In this document: positions 36,601 to 49,190 of the stretch, one piece after another
Numbering within the stretch: the stretch's first letter is position 1
Layout of the letters: each line of letters starts with the position of its first letter
NCBI RefSeq assembly: GCF_006345805.1
Contig: NW_021833764.1
Location: 1 to 64,000, forward strand
DNA: 64,000 bases
Direction of reading: 5' to 3'
Origin: Octopus sinensis
Taxonomy: Eukaryota
The notes under the pieces: generated by a model
Seen by the model: only the letters and a program-made list of their open reading frames with translations
What the model was told of the DNA's origin: nothing
The model's database searches: none
Program-made: the position numbers and the translations under genes

Positions 36601-39600
36601 CGTCCTTTCGGGGTCGATTAAATAAGTAGCAGTTACGCACGGGTCGATATAATCGACTTAAGTGAATGATTTTTTAAATGAAATATAAATGTATTTCGTC
36701 TGCCGCTACGTTCTGAGTTCAAATTCCACCGAGGTCGACTTTGCCTTTCGTCCTTTCGGGGTCGATTAAATAAGTACCAGTTACGCACTGGGGTATATAA
36801 TCGACTTAAGTGAATGATTTTTTTAAATGAAATATAAAATGTATTTCGTCTGCCGCTACGTTCTGAGTTCAAATTCCACGAAGGTCGACTTTGCCTTTCT
36901 GTCGTCTTTCGGGTCGATTAAATAAGTACCAGTTACGCACTGGGGTCGATATAATCGACTTAAGTGAATGATTTTTTTAAATGAATATAAAATGTATTTC
37001 GTTTGCCGCTATGTTCTGATTCAAATTCCACCGAGGTCGACTTTGCCTTTCGTCCTTTCGGGGTCGTTTAAATAAGTACCAGTTACGCACTGGGGTCGAT
37101 ATAATCGACTTAAGTGAATGATTTTTTAAATGAATTATAAAATGTATTTCGTCGCCGCCGCTACGTTCTGAGTTCAATTCCACCGAGGTCGACTTTGCCT
37201 TTCGTCCTTTCGGGGTCGATTAAATAAGTACCAGTTACGCACTGGGTCGATATAATCGACTTAAGTGAATGATTTTTTAAAATTAAATATAAAATGTATT
37301 TCGTCTGCCGCTATGTTCTGATTCAAATTCCACCGAGGTCGACTTTGCCTTTCGTCCTTTCGGGGTCGATTAAATAAGTACCAGTTACGCACTGGGGTCG
37401 ATATAATCGACTTAAGTGAATGACTTTTTTAAATGAAATTATAATGTATTTCGTCTGCCGCTACGTTCTGAGTTCAAATTCCACCGAGGTCGACTTGCCT
37501 TTCGTCTTCGGGGTCGATTAAATAAGTACCAGTTACGCACTGGGGTCGATATAATCGACTTAGGTGAATGATTTTTTAAATGAATTATAAAATGTATTTC
37601 GTCTGCCGCTCTGTTCTGAGTTCAAATTCCACCGAGGTCGACTTTGCCTTTCGTCCTTTCGGGGTCGATTAAATAAGTACCAGACGCACTGGGGGGACGA
37701 TAATCGATTTAAGTGAATGATTTTTTAAATGAATTATAAAATATTTCGTCTGCCGCTATGTTCTGAGTTCAAATTCCACCGAGGTCGACTTTGCCTTTCG
37801 TCCTTTCGGGGTCGATTAAATAAGTACCAGTTACGCACTGGGGTCGATATAATCGACTTAAGTGAATGATTTTTTAAATGAATTATAAAATGTATTTCGT
37901 CTGCCGCTATGTTCTGAGTTCAAATTCCACCGAGGTCGACTTTGCCTTTTGTCCTTTCGGGGTCGATTAAATAAGTACCAGTTACGCACTGGGGTCGATA
38001 TAATCGACTTAAGTGAATGATTTTTTTTAATGAATTATAAAATGTATTTCGTCTGCCGCTACGTTCTGAGTTCAAATTCCACCGAGGTCGACTTTGCCTT
38101 TCGTCCTTTCGGGGTCGATTAAATAAGTACCAGTTACGCACTGGGGTCGATATAATCGACTTAAGTGAATGATTTTTTTAAATAAAATATAAAATGTATT
38201 TCGTCTGCCGCTACGTTCTGAGTTCAAATTCCACCGAGGTCGACTTTGCCTTTCGTCCTTTCGGGGTCGATTAAATATGTACCAGTTACGCACTGGGGTC
38301 GATATAATCGACTTAAGTGAATGATTTTTTTAAATGAAATATAAAATGTATTCCGTCTGCCGCTATGTTCTGAGTTTAAATTCCACCGAGGTCGACTTTG
38401 CGTTTCGTCCTTTCGGGGTCGATTAAATAAGTACCAGTTACGCACTGGGGTCGATATAATCGACTTAAGTGAATGGTTTTTTTAAATGAATTATAAAATG
38501 TATTTCGTCTGCCGCTACGTTCTGAGTTCAAATTCCACCGAGGTCGACTTTGACTTTCGTCCTTTCGGGGTCGATTAAATAAGTACCAGTTACGCACTGG
38601 GGTCGATATAATCGACTTAAGTGAATGATTTTTTTAAATGAATTATAAAATGTATTTCGTCTGCCGCTACGTTCTGAGTTCAAATTCCACCGAGGTCGAC
38701 TTTGCCTTTCGTCCTTTCGGGGTCGATTAAATAAGTACCAGTTACGCACTGGGGTCGATATAATCGACTTAAGTGAATGATTTTTTTTAAATGAAATATA
38801 AAATGTATTTCGTCTGCCGCTACGTTCTGAGTTCAAATTCCACCAAGGTCGACTTTGCCTTTCGTCCTTTCGGGGTCGATTAAATAAGTACCAGTTACGC
38901 ACTGGGGTCGATATAATCGACTTAAGTGAATGATTTTTTTAAATGAAATATAAAATGTATTTCGTCTGCCGCTATGTTCTGAGTTCAAATTCCACCGAGG
39001 TCGACTTTGCCTTTCGTCCTTTCGGGGTCGATTAAATAAGTACCAGTTACGCACTGGGGTCGATATAATCGACTTAAGTGAATGATTTTTTTAAATGAAT
39101 TATAAAATGTACTTCCTCTGCCGCTACGTTCTGAGTTCAAATTCCACCGAGGTCGACTTTGCCTTTCGTCCTTTCGGGGTCGATTAAATAAGTACCAGTT
39201 ACGCACTGGGGTCGATATAATCGACTTAAGTGAATGATTTTTAAAATTAAATATAAAATGTATTTCGTCTGCCGCTATGTTCTCAGTTCAAATTCCACCG
39301 AGGTCGACTTTGCCTTTCGTCCTTTCGGGGTCGATTAAATAAGTACCAGTTACGCACTGGGGTCGATATAATCGACTTAAGTGAATGACTTTTTTAAATG
39401 AATTATAAAATGTATTTCGTCTGCCGCTACGTTCTGAGTTCAAATTCCACCGAGGTCGACTTTGCCTTTCGTCCTTTCGGGGTCGATAAATAAGTACCAG
39501 TTACGCACTGGGGTCGATATAATCGATTTAAGTGAATGATTTTTTAAAATGAATTATAAAATGTATTTCGTCTGCCGCTATGTTCTGAGTTCAAATTCCA

Positions 39601-42600
39601 CCGAGGTCGACTTTGCCTTTCGTCCTTTCGGGGTCGATTAAATAAGTACCAGTTACGCACTGGGGTCGATATAATCGACTTAAGTGAATGATTTTTTTAA
39701 ATGAATATTAAAATGTATTTCGTCTGCCGCTATGTTCTGAGTTCAAATTCCACCGAGGTCGACTTGCCTTTCGTCCTTTCGGGGTCGATTAAATAAGTAC
39801 CAGTTACGCACTGGGGTCGATATAATCGACTTAAGTGAATGATTTTTTTAATGAAATATAAAATGTATTTCGTCTGCCGCTACGTTCTGAGTTCAAGTTC
39901 AAATTCCACCGAGGTCGACTTTGCCTTTCGTCCTTTCGGGGTCGATTAAATAAGTACCAGTTACGCACTGGGGTCGATATAATCGACTTAAGTGAATGAT
40001 TTTTTTAAATGAAATATAAAATGTATTTCGTCTGCCGCTACGTTCTGAGTTCAAATTCCACCGAGGTCGACTTTGCCTTTCGTCCTTTCGGGGTCGATTA
40101 AATAAGTACCAGTTACGCACTGGGGTCGATATAATCGACTTAAGTGAATGATTTTTTTAAATGAAATATAAAATGTATTTCGTCTGCCGCGACGTTCTGA
40201 GTTCAAATTCCACCGAGGTCGACTTTGCCTTTCGTCCTTTCGGGGTCGATTAAATAAGTAGCAGTACGACCTGGGTCGATATAATCGACTTAAGTGAATG
40301 ATTTTTTAAATGAAATATAAAATGTATTTCGTCTGCCGCTACGTTCTGAGTTCAAATTCCACCGAGGTCGACTTTGCCTTTCGTCCTTTCGGGGTCGATT
40401 AAATAAGTACCAGTTACGCACTGGGGTCGATATAATCGACTTAAGTGAATGATTTTTTTTAAATGAATATAAAATGTATTTCGTCTGCCGCTACGTTCTG
40501 AGTTCAAATTCCACGAAGGTCGACTTTGCCTTTCGTCCTTTCGGGGTCGATTAAATAAGTACCAGTTACGCACTGGGGTCGATATAATCGACTTAAGTGA
40601 ATGATTTTTTTAAATGAAATATAAAATGTATTTCGTTTGCCGCTATGTTCTGAGTTCAAATTCCACCGAGGTCGACTTTGCCTTTCGTCCTTTCGGGGTC
40701 GATTAAATAAGTACCAGTTACGCACTGGGGTCGATATAATCGACTTAAGTGAATGATTTTTTTAAATGAATTATAAAATGTATTTCGTCCGCCGCTACGT
40801 TCTGAGTTCAAATTCCACCGAGGTCGACTTTGCCTTTCGTCCTTTCGGGGGCGATTAAATAAGTACCAGTTACGCACTGGGGTCGATATAATCGACTTAA
40901 GTGAATGATTTTTTAAAATTAAATATAAAATGTATTTCGTCTGCCGCTATGTTCTGAGTTCAAATTCCACCGAGGTCGACTTTGCCTTTCGTCCTTTCGG
41001 GGTCGATTAAATAAGTACCAGTTACGCACTGGGGTCGATATAATCGACTTAAGTGAATGACTTTTTTAAATGAATTATAAAATGTATTTCGTCTGCCGCT
41101 ACGTTCTGAGTTCAAATTCCACCGAGGTCGACTTGCCTTTCGTCCTTTCGGGGTCGATTAAATAAGTACCAGTTACGCACTGGGGTCGATATAATCGACT
41201 TAAGTGAATGATTTTTTTAAATGAATTATAAAATGTATTTCGTCTGCCGCTCTGTTCTGAGTTCAAATTCCACCGAGGTCGACTTTGCCTTTCGTCCTTT
41301 CGGGGTCGATTAAATAAGTACCAGTTACGCACTGGGGTCGATATAATCGATTTAAGTGAATGATTTTTTAAAATGAATTATAAAATGTATTTCGTCTGCC
41401 GCTATGTTCTGAGTTCAAATTCCACCGAGGTCGACTTTGCCTTTCGTCCTTTCGGGGTCGATTAAATAAGTACCAGTTACGCACTGGGGTCGATATAATC
41501 GACTTAAGTGAATGATTTTTTAAAATGAATTATAAAATGTATTTCGTCTGCCGCTATGTTCTGAGTTCAAATTCCACCGAGGTCGACTTTGCCTTTTGTC
41601 CTTTCGGGGTCGATTAAATAAGTACCAGTTACGCACTGGGGTCGATATAATCGACTTAAGTGAATGATTTTTTTTAATGAATTATAAAATGTATTTCGTC
41701 TGCCGCTACGTTCTGAGTTCAAATTCCACCGAGGTCGACTTTGCCTTTCGTCCTTTCGGGGTCGATTAAATAAGTACCAGTTACGCACTGGGGTCGATAT
41801 AATCGACTTAAGTGAATGATTTTTTTAAATAAATATAAAATGTATTTCGTCTGCCGCTACGTTCTGAGTTCAAATTCCACCGAGGTCGACTTTGCCTTTC
41901 GTCCTTTCGGGGTCGATTAAATATGTACCAGTTACGCACTGGGGTCGATATAATCGACTTAAGTGAATGATTTTTTTAAATGAAATATAAAATGTATTTC
42001 GTCTGCCGCTATGTTCTGAGTTTAAATCCACCGAGGTCGACTTTGCGTTTCGTCCTTTCGGGGTCGATTAAATAAGTACCAGTTACGCACTGGGGTCGAT
42101 ATAATCGACTTAAGTGAATGATTTTTTTAAATGAATTATAAAATGTATTTCGTCTGCCGCTACGTTCTGAGTTCAAATTCCACCGAGGTCGACTTGCCTT
42201 TCGTCCTTTCGGGGTCGATTAATAAGTACCAGTTACGCACTGGGGTCGATATAATCGACTTAAGTGAATGATCTTTTAAAATGAAATATAAAATGTATTT
42301 CGTCTGCCGCTACGTTCTGAGTTCAAATTCCACCGAGGTCGACTTGCCTTTCGTTCTTTCGGGGTCGATTAAATAAGTACCAGTTACGCACTGTGGTCGA
42401 TATAATCGACTTAAGTGAATGATTTTTTAAAATGAATTATAAAATGTATTTCGTCTGCCGCTCTGTTCTAAGTTCAAATTCCACCGAGGTCGACTTTGCC
42501 TTTCGTCCTTTCGGGGTCGATTAAATAAGTACCAGTTACGCACTGTGGTCGATATAATCGATTTAAGTGAATGATTTTTTAAAATGAATTATAAAATGTA

Positions 42601-45600
42601 TTTCGTCTGCCGCTATGTTCTGAGTTCAAATTCCACCGAGGTCGACTTTGCCTTTCGTCCTTTCGGGGTCGATTAAATAAGTACCAGTTACGCACTGGGG
42701 TCGATATAATCGACTTAAGTGAATGATTTTTTTAAATGAAATATAAAATGTATTTCGTCTGCCGCTATGTTCTGAGTTCAATTCCACCGAGGTCGACTTT
42801 GCCTTTCGTCCTTTCGGGGTCGATTAAATAAGTACCAGTTACGCACTGGGGTCGATATAATCGACTTAAGTGAATGATTTTTTTTAATGAATTATAAAAT
42901 GTATTTCGTCTGCCGCTACGTTCTGAGTTCAAATTCCACCGAGGTCGACTTTGCCTTTCGTCCTTTCGGGGTCGATTAAATAAGTACCAGTTACGCACTG
43001 GGGTCGATATAATCGACTTAAGTGAATGATTTTTTTAAAATGAATATAAAATGTATTTCGTCTGCCGCTACGTTCTGAGTTCAAATTCCACCGAGGTCGA
43101 CTTTGCCTTTCGTCCTTTCGGGGTCGATTAAATAAGTACCAGTTACGCACTGGGGTCGATATAATCGACTTAAGTGAATGATTTTTTTAAATGAAATATA
43201 AAATGTATTTCGTCTGCCGCTATGTTCTGAGTTTAAATTCCACCGAGGTCGACTTTGCGTTTCGTCCTTTCGGGGTCGATTAAATAAGTACCAGTTACGC
43301 ACTGGGGTCGATATAATCGACTTAAGTGAATGATTTTTTTAAATGAATTATAAAATGTATTTCGTCTGCCGCTACGTTCTGAGTTCAAATTCCACCGAGG
43401 TCGACTTTGCCTTTCGTCCTTTCGGGGTCGATTAAATAAGTACCAGTTACGCACTGGGGTCGATATAATCGACTTAAGTGAATGATTTTTTAAAATGAAA
43501 TATAAAATGTATTTCGTCTGCCGCTACGTTCTGAGTTCAAATTCCACCGAGGTCGACTTGCCTTTCGTTCTTTCGGGGTCGATTAAATAAGTACCAGTTA
43601 CGCACTGGGGTCGATATAATCGACTTAAGTGAATGATTTTTTAAAATGAATTATAAAATGTATTTCGTCTGCCGCTCTGTTCTAAGTTCAAATTCCACCG
43701 AGGTCGACTTTGCCTTTCGTCCTTTCGGGGTCGATTAAATAAGTACCAGTTACGCACTGGGGTCGATATAATCGATTTAAGTGAATGATTTTTTAAAATG
43801 AATTATAAAATGTATTTCGTCTGCCGCTATGTTCTGAGTTCAAATTCCACCGAGGTCGACTTTGCCTTTCGTCCTTTCGGGGTCGATTAAATAAGTACCA
43901 GTTACGCACTGGGGTCGATATAATCGACTTAAGTGAATGATTTTTTTTAAATGAATTAAAATGTATTCGTCTGCCGCTATGTTCTGAGTTCAAATTCCAC
44001 CGAGGTCGACTTTGCCTTTTGTCCTTTCGGGGTCGATTAAATAAGTACCAGTTACGCACTGGGGTCGATATAATCGACTTAAGTGAATGATTTTTTAAAA
44101 TGAAATATAAAATGTATTTCGTCTGCCGCTACGTTCTGAGTTCAAATTCCACCGAGGTCGACTTTGCCTTTCGTCCTTTCGGGGTCGATTAAATAAGTAC
44201 CAGTTACGCACTGGGGTCGATATAATCGACTTAAGTGAATGATTTTTTTAAATGAAATATAAAATGTATTTCGTCTGCCGCTACGTTCTGAGTTCAAATT
44301 CCACCGAGGTCGACTTTGCCTTTCGTCCTTTCGGGGTCGATTAAATAAGTACCAGTTACGCACTGGGGTCGATATAATCGACATAAGTGAATGATTTTTT
44401 TAAATGAAATATAAAATGTATTTCGTCTGCCGCTACGTTCTGAGTTCAAATTCCACCGAGGTCGACTTTGCCTTTCGTCCTTTCGGGGTCGATTAAATAA
44501 GTACCAGTTACGCATGGGGGTCGATATAATCGACTTAAGTGAATGATTTTTTAAAATGAATTATAAAATGTATTTCGTCTGCCGCTATGTTCTGAGTTCA
44601 AATTCCACCGAGGTCGACTTTGCCTTTTGTCCTTTCGGGGTCGATTAAATAAGTACCAGTTACGCACTGGGGTCGATATAATCGACTTAAGTGAATGATT
44701 TTTTAAAATGAATATAAAATGTATTTCGTCTGCCGCTACGTTCTGAGTTCAAATTCCACCGAGGTCGACTTTGCCTTTCGTCCTTTCGGGGTCGATTAAA
44801 TAAGTACCAGTTACGCACTGGGTCGATATAATCGACTTAAGTGAATGATTTTTTTAAATGAAATATAAAATGTATTTCGTCTGCCGCTACGTTCTGAGTT
44901 CAAATTCCACCGAGGTCGACTTTGCCTTTCGTCCTTTCGGGGTCGATTAAATAAGTACCAGTTACGCACTGGGTCGATATAATCGACTTAAGTGAATGAT
45001 TTTTTTAAATGAATTATAAAATGTATTTCGTCTGCCGCTACGTTCTGAGTTCAAATTCACACCGAGGTCGACTTTGCCTTTCGTCCTTTCGGGGTCGATT
45101 AAATAAGTACCAGTTACACTGGTGTCGATATAATCGACTTAAGTGAATGATTTTTTTAAATGAAATATAAAATGTATTTCGTCTGCCGCTACGTTCTGAG
45201 TTCAAATTCCACCGAGGTCGACTTTGCCTTTCGTCCTTTCGGGGTCGATTAAATAAGTACCAGTTACGCACTGGGTCGATATAATCGACTTAAGTGAATG
45301 ATTTTTTTTAAATGAAATATAAAATGTATTTCGTCTCCCGCTACGTTCTGAGTTCAAATTCCACCGAGGTCGACTTTGCCTTTCGTCCTTTCGGGGTCGA
45401 TTAAATAAGTACCAGTTACGCACTGGGGTCGATATAATCGACTTAAGTGAATGATTTTTTTAAATAAATTATAAAATGTATTTCGTCTGCCGCTACGTTC
45501 TGAGTTCAAATTCCACCGAGGTCGACTTTGCCTTTCGTCCTTTCGGGGTCGATTAAATAAGTACCAGTTACGCACTGGGGTCGATATAATCGACTTAAGT

Positions 45601-48503
45601 GAATGATTTTTTAAAATGAATTATAAAATGTATTTCGTCTGCCGCTATGTTCTGAGTTCAAATTCCACCGAGGTCGACTTTGCCTTTTGTCCTTTCGGGG
45701 TCGATTAAATAAGTACCAGTTACGCACTGGGTCGATATAATCGACTTAAGTGAATGATTTTTTTAAATGAAATATAAAATGTATTTCGTCTGCCGCTACG
45801 TCTGAGTTCAAATTCCACCGAGGTCGACTTTGCCTTTCGTCCTTCGGGGTCGATTAAATAAGTACCAGTTACGCACTGGGGTCGATATAATCGACTTAAG
45901 TGAATGATTTTTTAAAATGAAATATAAAATGTTAGTCTGCCGCTACGTTCTGAGTTCAAATTCCACCGAGGTCGACTTTGCCTTTCGTCCTTTCGGGGTC
46001 GATTAAATAAGTACCAGTTACGCACTGGGGTCGATATAATCGACATAAGTGAATGATTTTTTTAAATGAAATATAAAATGTATTTCGTCTGCCGCTACGT
46101 TCTGAGTTCAAATTCCACCGAGGTCGACTTTGCCTTTCGTCCTTTCGGGGTCGATTAAATAAGTACCAGTTACGCACTGGGGTCGATATAATCGACTTAA
46201 GTGAATGATTTTTTAAAATGAATATAAAATGTATTTCGTCTGCCGCTACGTTCTGAGTTCAAATTCCACCGAGGTCGACTTTGCCTTTCGTCCTTTCGGG
46301 GTCGATTAATAAGTACCAGTTACGCACTGGGGTCGATACAATCGACTTAAGTGAATGATTTTTTTAAATGAATTATAAAATGTATTTCGTCTGCCGCTAC
46401 GTTCTGAGTTCAAATTCCACCGAGGTCGACTTGCCTTTCGTCCTCGGGGGTCGATTAAATAAGTACCAGTTACGCACTGGTGTCGAATAATCGACTTAAG
46501 TGAATGATTTTTTTAAATGAAATATAAAATGTATTTCGTCTGCCGCTACGTTCTGAGTTCAAATTCCACCGAGGTCGACTTTGCCTTTCGTCCTTTCGGG
46601 GTCGATTAAATAAGTACCAGTTACGCACTGGGTCGATATAATCGACTTAAGTGAATGATTTTTTTAAATGAAATATAAAATGTCTTTCGTCTGCCGCTAC
46701 GTTCTGAGTTCAAATTCCACCGAGTCGGTCGACTTTGCCTTTCGTCCTTTCGGGGTCGATTAAATAAGTACCAGTTACGCACTGGGGTCGATATAATCGA
46801 CTTAAGTGAATGATTTTTTTAAATGAATTATAAAATGTATTTCGTCTGCCGCTACGTTCTGAGTTCAAATTCCACCGAGGTCGACTTTGCCTTCGTCCTT
46901 TCGGGGTCGATTAAATAAGTACCAGTTACGCACTGGTTGTCGATATAATCGACTTAAGTGAATGATTTTTTTAAATGAAATATAAATGTATTTCGTCTGC
47001 CGCTACGTTCTGAGTTCAAATTCCACCGAGGTCGACTTTGCCTTTCGTCCTTTCGGGGTCGATTAAATAAGTACCAGTTACGCACTGGGGTCGATATAAT
47101 CGACTTAAGTGAATGATTTTTTAAATGAAATAAAAATGTATTTCGTCTGCCGCTATGTTCTGAGTTCAAATTCCACCGAGGTCGACTTTGCCTTTCGTCC
47201 TTTCGGGGTCGATTAAATAAGTACCAGTTACGCACTGGGGTCGATATAATCGACTTAAGTGAATGATTTTTTTAAAATGAATATAAAATGTATTTCGTCT
47301 GCCGCTACGTTCTGAGTTCAAATTCCACCGAGGTCGACTTTGCCTTTCGTCCTTTCGGGGTCGATAAATAAGTACCAGTTACGCACTGGGGTCGATATAA
47401 TCGACTTAAGTGAATGATTTTTTTAAAATGAAATATAAAATGTATTTCGTCTGCCGCTACGTTCTGAGTTCAAATTCCACCGAGGTCGACTTTGCCTTTC
47501 GTCCTTTCGGGGTCGATTAAATAAGTACCAGTTACGCACTGCGGTCGATATAATAACGACTTAAGTGAATGATTTTTTTAATGAAATATAAAATGTATTT
47601 GTCTGCCGCTATGTTTTGAGTTCAAATTCCACCGAGGTCGACTTTGCCTTTCGTCCTTTCGGGGTCGATTAAATAAGTACCAGTTACGCACTGGGGTCGA
47701 TATAATCGACTTAAGTGAATGATTTTTTAAATGAATTATAAAATGTATTTCGTCTGCCGCTACGTTCTGAGTTCAAATTCCACCGATGTCGACTTTGCCT
47801 TTCGTCCTTTCGGGGTCGATTAAATAAGTACCAGTTACGCACTGGGGTCGATATAATCGACTTAAGTGAATGATTTTTTAAATGAATTATAAAATGTATT
47901 TCGTCTGCCGCTACGTTCTGAGTTCAAATTCCACCGAGGTCGACTTTGCCTTTCGTCCTTTCGGGGTCGATTAAATAAGTACCAGTTACGCACTGGGGTC
48001 GATATAATCGACTTAAGTGAATGATTTTTTTAATGAATTATAAAATGTATTTCGTCTGCCGCTACGTTCTGAGTTCAAATTCCACGAGGGTCGACTTTGC
48101 CTTTCGTCCTTTCGGGGTCGATTAAATAAGTACCAGTTACGCACTGGTGTCGATATAATCGACTTAAGTGAATGATTTTTTTAAATGAATTATAAAATGT
48201 ATTTCGTCTGCCGCTACGTTCTGAGTTCAAATTCCACCGAGGTCGACTTTGCCTTTCGTCCTTTCGGGGTCGATTAAATAAGTACCAGTTACGCACTGGG
48301 GTCGATATAATCGATTTAAGTGAATGATTTTTTTAAATGAAATATAAAATGTATTTCGTCTGCCGCTATGTTCTGAGTTCAAATTCCACCGAGGTCGACT
48401 TTGCCTTTCGTCCTTTCGGGGTCGATTAAATAAGTACCAGTTACGCACTGGGGTCGATATAATCGACTTAAGTGAATGATTTTTTAAGTGAATTATAAAA
48501 TGT
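15658..48503 (+). repeat. SINE-derived 152-bp tandem satellite, about 216 monomers (32.8 kb)
   Basis: First monomer 15658-15809; the next TTAAGTGAATG starts at 15810. The array is uninterrupted, head-to-tail and highly homogeneous. About 115 bp of each unit is homologous to the SINEs at 3250 and 15510. Confidence 0.98.
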
Positions 48504-49190
48504 GCCAACAAATGATGAATGAGTGAATTGATGAATGTGAGTTTAAAATGAAGGAGTGAAAAGAATATTGGAATGGATAAATGATTGAATAACGAAGGAA
48601 TTATCCATTGAAAGAAGGAATGAACAATGAAGGAATGGGATGGATGAATGAAGTGAAGAAAGAATGAGAGGCTGAATGAATGGATGAATGAATGAATGCA
48701 CGAGAGGATGGGTGGGTGAATGAATGAATGAACGAGGAAATGGATGAATGAATGAATCGACTGAAGAATGAATTTATGAAAAGGTGAATGAGTGAATGAA
48801 CGAATGCATGACTGAATCAAAGAAAAAACGAACGAAAGAACGAGGAATGAATGAATGAACGAAGGGGTAGATAAATGAAAGATTTAATGAATGAATGAAG
48901 GGACGAGGGAATCGATGAAGGAATGGGATAGATGAATGAAGTGAAGAAAGAATGAGAGGCTGAATGAACGAATAAGCTAATGCATGAATGAAAACGAATT
49001 AATGAAGGAATAAATGTAAAACGCAGAATGAAATGAAGGAATGAAAGGGAAAAAATGAAGGAATGAATGAAGAGGTGACTGAACGAGTTGATAAATCAAT
49101 GAATGAAAAGGAAGAAATGAATCGACGAACGAAGATCGAATGGACAAATGAATGGAAAACAAAAACAGGGACGAAGAAAGAAAATGAAGA
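48504..49190. repeat. Degenerate (GAAT)n-derived purine-rich region, left flank
   Basis: GAAT/GGAT/GAAC-rich; shares a ~290 bp unit with 60887-61232. Confidence 0.85.

Noticed and set aside
23300-37800. Zones of elevated 1-3 bp indels in the satellite (also 49.2-50.9 kb) as older, diverged layers
   Set aside because: They are mostly singleton homopolymer deletions and short stutters not shared between higher-order copies, typical of poorly polished long-read consensus. Array length and copy number should therefore also be treated with caution.
15560-48296. Dozens of 73-aa ORFs 'MRNWYLFNRPRKDERQ...' as a tandem gene family
   Set aside because: They start at GTG, span monomers of 152 bp (not a multiple of 3), are freely broken by indels, and derive from the antisense strand of a SINE.
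15658-48503. CRISPR-like array
   Set aside because: There are no unique spacers (the whole unit repeats), no cas genes, and the context is eukaryotic.
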